A DNA stretch of 64,000 nucleotides from Enoplolaimus lenunculus (taxonomy: Eukaryota), in assembly GCA_030248215.1 (NCBI GenBank), contig JASANG010001107.1:434001-498000 (forward strand), read 5' to 3'. Below, piece by piece: positions 13,136 to 23,565 of this stretch (position 1 is the stretch's first letter; the number at the start of each line of letters is the position of its first letter). A program made the translations under genes and the position numbers. The notes beneath the pieces were generated by a model that ran no database searches, was not told the DNA's origin, and worked only from the letters and a program-made list of their open reading frames with translations.

Positions 13136-13740
13136 ATTTTTGGTAGACAGTCTCGGGATAGGGCGCTTATTTAAAGTTGAATTCATTTTCGTCATGAGTT
13201 CTTAAACGACATCAACATTACGGCGTTTGATAATCGAACTGTAGTTCGGCAGTTGGAGGGATGAATGAATAATTGCAAAAGATACATCAGACGGTTGTTT
13301 GTGTATAAATAACTTTCAGGCAGTGCTTTTTGGGTTGACAAAACATAACCTAGTGTTACTTATTATATAAGTTGTAAATAAATATAAATAAGTAGCAAAC
13401 AACGTGTACATACTTGCATACATTCATATAAATAAGACATCATATGCCAGAAAGTTCAGTTTGTGCAATCTTGCATTTGGCTGTATCGGCAGACGCTGCT
13501 AGTTTGTGTTGCGCACATTGTGGCTGAACGCTGACTAACTGTCGTAACGACCTGGTAATCGAATTTTTAATCGACCAGAAATACGTGCTACACGAGCAGC
13601 TCAGTGTGTCGCGTCATAGCAAGTATCAGCAACTTCAACGGCATTTAATAACGCATCGGTAAACTTGAACCATCGTCACAACAACGTTTTTCGACATTCG
13701 TTCTGGTTTCGATCAGTTGTAGTCATTATCCGGGTCTCGT

Positions 13741-13749
13741 TTTTCTCAG
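13741..13749 (+). promoter_or_regulatory. Splice acceptor 13 nt upstream of the UBALD ATG (cis acceptor or SL trans-splice site)
   Basis: TTTTCTCAG|GGAATCGTGCGTCATG; a similar arrangement TTCTTTCAG at 45155-45163 lies 23 nt before the secreted-protein ATG. Confidence 0.5.
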
Positions 13750-13762
13750 GGAATCGTGCGTC

Positions 13763-16700
13763 ATGATCGAAGAAGCGGAAACACTCCGGCAGCAGGTGCG
13801 TCGTTTGTATATCCCGCATAGGATCCCTTGTTCGTAGTAGAGTTGCATGGGGTTGCGGGTATTCCGAATACTTTTGCCGAAAAATTCCGGACCCTGGTCC
13901 GGGTTTTCACTTCAAGAAATACCGGGTCCTGGTGTTCATAGTAAATCATTCCTGATCCGGGTATTACAAGAATACCCGGACAAAATACCCGGAGTAAAAT
14001 TGGCTTAGTGATTTTAACAGCATCCTGCGCCTACATTCTGAACAGTAACTGTGTTTCGTACCTAAATTAAACTGGCTAAAGAATTTATCAGATATAGAAG
14101 GGAAAAGTTGCAGGTAGATATAGTTGGGTTACCATTAAACCATTTGGTTTAGGCTTAGGAAAGGCTTAGGCTTAGCTAAGACTTTTGCTCAACCTAAGCC
14201 TTAACCTGTAGAGGGAACTGTGCAAGACCCAGCTAGTTTAATGGAAACTGTCTGTGATTAACCGCTATAACGGGTGATAACATTGCTTATATTTTATTGT
14301 CTGAACCTTAGAATAAACAGCTACACTAAAGTCGTTAAACGTTATTTCTTGTACCATGACTAATATAGTTAAGAGCCGTGTTTAATGCATGTCTTAACTG
14401 TACCTCAAATAACAAATAAACTTAACATACGTATCATTAAAATATAACCACATCAGGTTTATTCGTTATAAAAAATTAACACCACGTCCAAGTTTTTTCA
14501 GGCTTCACAGTTTTTTGAGGCTGCTTCAGGCCCGTAGCCAGCTCGGATGAAGTAAAATCACCCTATTACACCCAGTAATGTTTTCCCCAAGGGTAAAAAC
14601 TCAAGTTTTAACCCTCTGCTGATTTCTAGTACTCAAAGAGTCATGCTGTGCAATGGGGCCGAGGTGAAATTTAAATTTCTTTGCAGGAAGTAAATGGGTA
14701 TGAGTATACATATTGGCACAGATCGCTATAAAAAACTCCAAAAAATAGTAAATTATCTCAATTAGAATCAAACGATATTCCCCTTTAAGGTAACAATTAA
14801 ATTTCCCCTTAGTTGAAGGATTGAAAACTTGACTTGATCCGCAGGCTTGGTATGCAAGAGAGTAGTGCTTGTAAAGCCATTTTAGAAGTGTCGCGTCGGG
14901 AGTTCTCTGGTCTGACAGGTGGGTGTTAAATTTTTCCAGAGGTGACGAATATTTTCTAGGAGATCTGAGCAAAGCCTCCCCTCTGCTGCGGGGTAATGCT
15001 AGTTAGTCAGTTTATTCAACCAACCTAATATTGGAAGTCGGTTGTAGCACGGCTTATTGTACTTCCGATATAGAAACGCGCGGCTTTTGTACACGCAATC
15101 GCCTCACTTTTACATGTTTATGTGTTTCAGGTCATGGTCAATCAGTTCACTGTTACTACGGGTTGTACAGCGCAGCAAGCTCGACAGTTGCTACACTCCA
15201 CACGCTGGGAGTTTGAGGTGAGGTAACGTACGTAACAGCTACCATACATAACATCATGAAGTGTTATAGTTAGGTGTGTATTGATAGATACTGAAAGCAT
15301 GGCCAGATGTTTACACAATGAGCTAAGGGATGACAAGGTAGCCGCAGATATGGAACATGGGCCGCCTTGGAATTTAATGAAAAACTATTTTATAGATTTC
15401 GACGCGCTGAGCTCAGCGGTTCTGTTTTGAAAGCTGCAGGTCCTCTGGTTTAAAAATGTGGCCCTAGCTGAAGATGAATCTGGTGTTTCGGTCGTGCAAA
15501 AAGCTTTATAACACGTACGCACCTATTCTTTTTTACGGTATAGTATAGGAAATAGCAAGCTTTGGTTCGACTTAACGTTTTATTTTTCAACTCATACATG
15601 TTCGTATAGCAATAAACCGGTATTTTGATGAAACAAAATACATTCTTACAGAATATTCATTGACTCTAGTAGGTAGCAGTCCCGGCCGCGTTAAAAATTC
15701 TAGTTCCGGGACAACTGTAAACCAACCGTATTAAGAGTGCCGTAAATAAACAGAGACTGTTTTCTATCGAGTGGATAATATGACTATCTGCGTTATTGTT
15801 TTCAGACGGCGCTTAGTTTATTCTTTAAAGAGGCTGCAGTTCAGAATCCGAATTTAACTCGCCAACAACAGCATAATACGGGTGCGCAGAACGCGGCGTC
15901 TGCTCACGTGAGTAACGTTGTTGTTTATGTGCACTGTCTGTATCGGGTTCTGTTTGACGTTGCTGCGGCCCGTTAGCATGATAATTATATGTTCATAGTA
16001 GCATTGAAAAACACAATGTGCATTAGCCAGAGAATCATGCATCGTCTGTGCTTTAACGCGCTAAAACAACTAGATGTTGTGTTTTGGTCGAACAATGTAA
16101 GCTGCGTATATGCATGTTATGCTTTGTGATTCAAAATCAACGAATAGAGCAGGATGATCTGTTGGAAAGTTAGCGTTTAAGACAGTTTACTGGGGCATCT
16201 GTTTCCCCTCAACTGGTGTTTGAGTGGCCGCTCAACGCTCACCTGCGCATAAGTCAGCAGGAATTCTAATCAGTATGGTACGTTTTCTTTGATACACCGG
16301 TATTCTGGAAGCTCATTATGCTAAGCAACCGGTTTTGTGCAGCTCGATTGTGTGATAGTTTCAACAACAGTTTCAGCTGTGTAAATTATAAACGGGAGCG
16401 CTAAACATGTGAATCCTAGGAAATTGCAAAAATTGCACAATTAATGAAACTACTACAGTGTGAGCATTTTCTCTAACAGTTTTGTGCACAACGACTGTAA
16501 CAAATATTTATAAATCATGTCCGTTCATAAAATATGAAAATAAAGGTTCAAAATGTGGTATATATTGTGATGCGTTTATACACTTAAACGTAAGATACTT
16601 GTTTTCTTCGGCCTTTTCCGTTATCCACGGTTATTGAATTTTTTACCGCAACACACAGGAACCGGATAGCGGATATTGTATATGTTAATTTTTTTCGCTG

Positions 16701-19427
16701 TATTTGAAGCGTGCTCAATGTTTACTTCTGTCATAAAGTTCATAACTGCTGCTGATGATCTGAAATTATTTAATGCCAAAATGCGCTTAACTATCGCTCA
16801 TTTACATAAGTTAAAAGTTATTGAAACGTATCAAAAGTCAAAATTCGGGACTTTCCCAGAATGTACTCGCAGCACGATGTTATAAACGCTCTTTTGTAAA
16901 AAGCAGTTTTATAATATTCTTCACCACAACCGTAAATATCCGGTATCCGGTAGGTTTATATCGGACACCGGAACCGGGTACGGTTATCAGACACAAAAAA
17001 ATTTTTGCCGAAAAAATAGGCAGATTACAAATACAGCGAAAAAATGAATTATTTTAACATATACAATATCCGGTTCCTGTTGCGGTAAAAATTCAATAAC
17101 CGTATCTGGTTTCGATGGAATGTATTTGTGTTTCAGACAATAGGCGCTCCTGCAAACACACCAGCAACTCCGCCAAATTTCAGCGACGCACTACTTGCGT
17201 TTCAAAAACTCGGCGCCGGCAGTGGCGGAGCGGGCAATTACAGCGGAACGGGCAGTAATAGTAGCAGCATTAACAGTACGAATAACGGTGGCGGTAATGG
17301 TGGTAATAGTAGTTGTTTATCTCCGCATCAACAACATCATTTTCATCACACGGCGAAGGTAGGTGCGATTGACACGACTAATACAGCAACTGCTGCTGCA
17401 CTTGCTACTACTACTGCTACTACAGGTAATGGTTTCTCGTTGTGGGGGGTGTCTATGGCAACCGCAGCTACAGCTTCCGCTGTTGCACCAGTATGTCCAT
17501 CAGATGGCGGTACAACTGGCTATGCCAATAACAGCTGTGCTGGTAGCGGACATCAGTGGAGTAACAACGACTACACGACTGATGTGAACGGCGCGAACGC
17601 TGGTGGCAACAACACCAATACAATTGTCGGCGATTATGGCAGCTGCGGCGGTGATAGTATTACTGCAACAACGGCGACGTTTGGATCTGTTGCGGCGGCT
17701 GTGCATTCGTCACGTCATAGTAGTAACGTATTGGCTCCGCATAAAATGGTTTCACCAACGGCAGGGTTACTGCAACAGCAACAACATCGCACGTCCGCCG
17801 AAGCTGCCAGTCATGATGATTCCTATCCAGTTGTTACTGGTTGTATCGTCGACAGTAGGGATGCTGGTTTAGGGTTTGCTGAACATAGTACGGGATACGG
17901 TAATACCGCAGCATATGCCGTCCAACAAACTATCGTTGGTCAAAATTCATATGATCTCAGTGATCGCTGCGAATCTGAGCGCCACCAGCAATTGTTGTGC
18001 CCGAATGCTGCTACTGCAGCAAGGCAGGGTGGTGGGTGTCCGCCAATGCATCATTTCTGCTATTCTGACCCGCCACCAAGTCCGAATTACGAAGCGGCGG
18101 CTGCGGCAGCAGTAGCAATTGGACCTGGTACTGTCGTAGCTGGTGGCAAAAATCGCAGCAGCAATATAGAAACGTGTGTTGTTGGCTTTTGTGCCAATGC
18201 GACTGGCATACAACGAGCTCGGCAAAACCAACGTGACGCGCTCGCAGTACCTACCTCAAATCTACATTGTTGGACTGAACAACATTCACAATCACACCAA
18301 CATGTGCAACAACCATCGGGCCAGCGATTAATGCGCGGCGATGCAGATAACATTCTTGCTGATGTTCGCAATCGGTATGTTGCATATGCAAATTTTTGTT
18401 GATGGAATCAATATTCAGACCAAATTTGATTAATTATTCAAGTCTAATTTTCCCTCTTTTATTTTTAGATACGACACAAACTGATATCATTACCATTGCC
18501 AAATGAAGTCTTTCAAATTATTATTTACAGTCGATATTCATTATTCACAGTATCGCCATAGTCACTATGTACGTATAAGATTATTTTCGGCTAAATTGTG
18601 ACTGTAAGAAAATTGTTTTGCTAAAGTTTTTTTAATTATTCATAATGGTTATATGTAATTGTAGATACTCAAATGATGAGCTGCTGGCTAATAACAGTTT
18701 TTGTGACGATGAATATATCGGCGAAGATATGAGTTGTTGCGTCACAGATAATGAAATTGACAGTAGTAGCAAAATGGACAACGTGATGGCAGATATTGCA
18801 GTGATCAGATCAGCAACCAATACAGTAGCGGCGGTAACAACAGTAACAACACCAATAATAACGATGATGGATGTTGAAGAAGAAATTTTAGGTGTCGAAA
18901 GCTGCTGTGGTAACATCAAAGAAGATACCAATAGTCCACCTAACTCAATGCCGATATCTATTGGTGTCGCCCGAACAGCGACGGCGCGATCATTTGCAGT
19001 CGTTCAGCAACAGGAGCCACCAGTGGAACAGCATTCAGCGGTAGTAACATCAACTGGTGATAAAGAAAGAATTCGAACGTGGCGTAGGTTGTGTATGAAT
19101 AACGTTTATGATAATGACGATAACGACGATTATGATGACGATAAAAGCAGTCTGCAGCACCGAAAGCTATCGGCAGTGGAAACAATGACTGTGTGTAGTG
19201 ACACGGAAGGAAGATTTGAATTCGGAAATCGAAGCAATCTGAAGCATAGCACTGAACTCACAGCAGTTGAGAGCGCAACAATGTCATCGATCGCTCGACC
19301 AACAGCTGCGACCACTGCAACCGAAGATGGTGAGCTGGATGAAAACGGAGGTCCGTCTGCGCCTAAAATGTTCGCAATGAGTCCACCGGTAGCAGGAGCA
19401 ATGTTTCCTATTGAGACACAGCCTTGA
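13763..19427 (+). CDS. UBALD1: UBA-like domain-containing protein (UBALD1/2, FAM100 family) with long low-complexity C-terminus
   Basis: Exons 13763-13795 (MIEEAETLRQQ), 15131-15217 (VMVNQFTVTTGCTAQQARQLLHSTRWEFE), 15806-15907 (TALSLFFKE...), 17137-18374 (..PANTPATPPNFSDALLAFQKL..), then either 18469-18484 (491 aa) or 18665-19427 (740 aa). Matches the family motifs QVMINQF..GC..QA.QLL...W.FETALS.FF and PANTPATPPNF.DAL. UBALD1 versus UBALD2 cannot be resolved in an invertebrate. Confidence 0.9.
16625..17104. mobile_element. MITE with ~40-bp TIRs in UBALD intron 3
   Basis: ACGGTTATTGAATTTTTTACCGCAAC..CAGGAACCGGATA vs TATCCGGTTCCTGTTGCGGTAAAAATTCAATAACCGT; TSD not evident. Confidence 0.7.
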
Positions 19428-21000
19428 AAACACTAAGCATTGTTTGTGCTAAATAATTGCATTTTTGGTTGGCTGTAGTTACACTATGATACACATACGT
19501 ACATTATTTGCATACATAGCTGTGTTTGCTCATGATCTTTATCTACGAATAGCTGTATTTTGTTTGTTGAGTAGTTTTGGTTCATCACCTTGCAGTAGGT
19601 TTGCTGTATCAGTAAGATTTTGATGTACAATTTCGTGTATGTATGCTATACCGGTTCGATATACTGAGCTCTGGTGATCTTTAATCGATTTCACATACCT
19701 TTCGATGATGTGTGGAACATATTGGACTAACAACAAGTTCAAAGTAATTGATGTAATTTTTACTTTTCACATTTATATTATGTTTGTGTTATCACTGTTT
19801 AAGTGTGTTGAATATTGATCCTTTCGATTTTATTGTCAGTTTGTGAATTTTATCTTATTTCTTCAGGCAGGCAGTAAAACTTCTTATACAAGTGCTCTTT
19901 GCTATGTTTTCTGATATTAAGACATAGAAGCGACGCAACAATGCAGAATGATTAACTCTTCAGTCAGTGATAGAGTGTTGCATAACTGGGTAGCAATTAA
20001 GTGTTTGGTATTTCGTTTAATGGTTAATTTTATCATTTCTTTAGGTTAGTAAAATGTTTATCCCTTTATCCGCATGTAATTTGGCTATTTCGTTTCACTT
20101 TACAAAATTTGTTGTAGCCATGTGTTTCTTGGTAGACACTTTCTTAGTATGTTTTACAGTACATCTTATTAATAAACTGCTAAACAAATTTGTTCCAAGA
20201 AGGAATAAAACTTTTATATATGTTACCGTCCTGCTTATTGTTGTCAGCGTCTATGTACTTATATCTGTAGTAACTGTTGAACTGTGTTCTGTTTCGACTT
20301 TGTATTAATAACGACCATGTACTGTATTGCAACACTATTTTAATGCGCATCTATAGCATGCATATATGTTTAATATGAAAACGTCTTCAAGAGTGATTGT
20401 GGGTATAAAATTTTGTGATAGTCTTGTTTAAATAAAAATGTGCCTGTTAATTGCTGAGTCGCTAAGGCTTGGTCAGTAAAGTTTGCCACAATCGTAGAAC
20501 ATTCTTATTGATTGTAGAGAAAATTCCCGGCATCTAAAGGTTTTGTCAAAGGGTTCCGTTATAGATACTAAAAAACTATAAAATAAAATATTTTTTTTAC
20601 GTATAAATTGTATAAACTTTAACAATCGCCGAAAATAACCATCGAATACAGTTTTCTCTTCCGTGGATAACAGAAATCTAAAAAGCAGATTAAATAAATA
20701 TACCCCTATATTCAACTAGAATTAGTTTATCGATAATAAAAAAATAAAATGAATTTTTCGGTGGCATGCCATTATAACTTTTCCGTTCCGGTAAATTGTA
20801 ATTCCTATTGTATCCTGAAGGTTGCTTGGTTATTGCTATTTTAGCGGTCAGAGAAACAACTGATGCATAAGATTAATATTGTAACTGAAATTCGTGGTGT
20901 AAACGGATGGTAAACAACGGAAACGGATAAGGATCAAAATATATATGGAAACGGACCGCTATTTTTTCTTTAACATTTTACAAAACCCGATAAATATTTT

Positions 21001-21138
21001 GGCCCGTATTACTTTAAGGGGCGTCCAAGCTTCTGGTGGGTCCATTAAAGAGTAGGTTTAGATTCTAGATTACAATTTTTTGCTTAGGCTTAGGAATATG
21101 CTTAATCTACTGTTACGCCCCTTAAAGTAACATTGGCC
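21001..21138. mobile_element. 138-bp GG-terminated MITE with TTAGGC core
   Basis: TIR GGCCCGTATTACTTTAAGGGGCGT vs reverse complement GGCCAATGTTACTTTAAGGGGCGT; interior gcttaggcttagg; no direct TSD. Confidence 0.7.
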
Positions 21139-21349
21139 AAAAATATATTGGTTAATTAGCTAATTTTAGCCAATGTTTACAATATTTTGTTAAGTTTGGT
21201 TATACGCTAATTTTCTGCGAAATTTAAGAAATTCTTTCTTGAATATTGTGACAAAAGTAGGCCCATGTATAGATCAGGGGCTTCCACTTTTCCAGGGTGG
21301 AAAACTTACGACCAGGAGTGCATCGCAGCCACTCCTGTATGACGACTTG

Positions 21350-21965
21350 ATTTTTCAGTGGTTGGTAGGAAAAATCGCGGGCATAGGTTTTGCTGTGGAA
21401 AAGTGGAAAATTAATAAGCCTGCATATTCCCTGGTTCGGTAGGGAAAATCTGTAGTGTAAATTTTGTTTGGAAAACGGGAAAAGTGGAAAATTTAAAAGC
21501 TTACATTATTCATGGATTGGTAGGGAAAATTTGAAGCATAGGTTTTGGTTGGAAAACGGGAAAGGTTGAAAATTTAAACGCTTTGATTTTCCCTTGGTTG
21601 GTAGAGAAAATCTGTAGTGTAAAAGTTTGTTTGGAAAACGGAAAAAGTGGAAATTTTAAAAGCTTACATTATTCCAGGGTTGGTAGGGAAAATTTGAAGC
21701 GTTGGTTTTGGTTGGAAAACGGGAAAAGTGGAAAATTTGAACGCCTTGATTTTCCCTTGGTTGGTAGGGAAACTCTTTAGTGTAAAAGTTTGTTTGGAAA
21801 ACGGGAAAAGGGGAAATTTTAAAAGCTTACATTATTCCTGGGTTGGTAGGGAAAATTTGAAGCATAGGTTTTGGTTGGAAAACCGGAAAAGGGGAAAATT
21901 TAAACGCCTAGATTTTCCCTTGGTTGGTAGGGAAAATCTGCAGCGTAGGTTTTGGTTGGAAAACG
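21350..21965 (+). repeat. Tandem array, ~81-bp unit, ~7.5 copies, alternating A/B dimer (left arm)
   Basis: GGTTGGTAGGGAAAA recurs about every 81 nt; units alternate aaagcttacattatt and aaacgccttgatttt. Confidence 0.9.
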
Positions 21966-22154
21966 ACAAGATTGGTCAAAAGATACCACCGAGTGGCCCA
22001 GTATTATCAGAACATAAGTCTGTTAACAAAGTCGACGCTTTGAGTGACGCCTTAAGGTTGCAAAAAAGTTTTAATTTGTTTTAAAGACGTTGTTGACTAA
22101 TGGCCGGAAAGCCGAGGAAACATAAATATATCAAATTTGGTCGTCGCTGACTTC

Positions 22155-23565
22155 CAACCAGGGTAAATCTAGGCGTTTAAATTTTCCACTTTTCCCATTT
22201 TTCAACCAAAACCTATGCTTCATATTTTCCCTACCAACCTAAGTTGAATCTAGGTCCTTAAATTTTCCACTTTTCCCGTTTTCAACCAAAACCTATGCTT
22301 CAGATTTTCTTTACCAACCCAGGGTAAATCTAGGCATTGAAATTTTCCACTTTTCCCATTTTCCAACCAAAAGCTATGCTTCAGATTTTCCCTACCAACC
22401 GAAGGTAAATCTGGGCCTTTAAATTTTCCATTTTCCCCGTTTTCTAGCCAAAACCTATGCTTCCGATTTTCCCTACCAACCTAAGGTAAATCTAGGCCTT
22501 TAAATTTTCCACTTTTCCCATTTTCCAACCAAAACCTATGCTTCCGATTTTCCCTACCAACCTAAGGTAAATCTAGGCCTTTAAATTTTCCACTTTTCCC
22601 ACTTTCCAACCAAAACCTATGCTTCATATTTTTCCTACCAACCTAAGGTAAATCTAGGCCTTTAAATTTTCCACTTTTCCCGTTTTCCAACCAAAATCTA
22701 TACTTCAGATATTCCCTACCAAGCCAGGGTAAATCTAAGCATTAAAATTTTCCACTCTTCCCGTGTTCCAACCAAAACCTATGCTTCAGATATTCCCCAC
22801 CAAACCAGGGCAAACCTAGGCATTAAAATTTTCCACTCTTCCCGTTTTCCAACCAAAACCTATGCCTTACGCTTGAATTTTCCACTTTTCCCGTTTTCCA
22901 ACCGAAAGCTTTGCTTCAGGTTTTCCGTACCAACCCGGGATAAAAATCTAGGCATTGGAATTTTCCACTTTTCCCGTTTTCCAACCGAAACCTTTGCTTC
23001 AGGTTTTCCCTACCAACCCAGGATAAAAATCTAGGCATTGGAATTTTCCACTTTTCTCGTTTTCCAATCAAAACCTATGCTTCAGATTTTCCCTACCAAC
23101 CCAGCGAAAAAATCCAGGCATTAGAATTTTCCACTTTTCCCGTTTTCCAACCAAAACCTATGCTTCAGATTTTTCTTACCAACCCAGGGGGAAAATCTAG
23201 GCATTAGAATTTTCCACTTTTCCCGTTTTCCAACCAAAACCTATGCCCTACGCTTGAATTTTCCACTTTTTCCGTTTTCCAACCATCGCTTTAGACTTCT
23301 CTTACTATAACCAAGAAAATATCTAGGCATTTCAATTTTCCACTTTTCCTGTTTTCCAGCCAAAACCTATGCTTCAAATTTTCCCTAACAACCCAGGGTA
23401 AAAATCTAGGCATTAGAATTTTCCCGTTTTCCAACCAAAACCTGTGCTTCAGATTTTCCCTACCAACCCAGAATAAAAATCTAGGCATTAGAATTTTCCA
23501 CTTTTCCCGTTTTCCAACCAAAACCTATGCTTCAGACTTCCCTACCAACCCAGGGTAAAATTTAG
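22155..23565 (-). repeat. Tandem array, ~81-83-bp unit, ~17 copies, inverted relative to left arm
   Basis: ATTTTCCAC recurs at 22181, 22262, 22342, 22423 (ATTTTCCAT), 22504 and onward; it is the reverse complement of the left-arm unit. Confidence 0.92.

Noticed and set aside
17363..19315. Many alternative-frame and antisense ORFs over UBALD
   Set aside because: Expected shadows of low-complexity coding sequence.
21583..23521. ORFs with repeating WLENGK/VGRENLK peptides
   Set aside because: Translations of the 81-bp satellite (unit divisible by 3); no splice context and broken by indels.
21350..23565. CRISPR-like regular array
   Set aside because: Units are contiguous with no unique spacers, there are no cas genes, and the context is eukaryotic.
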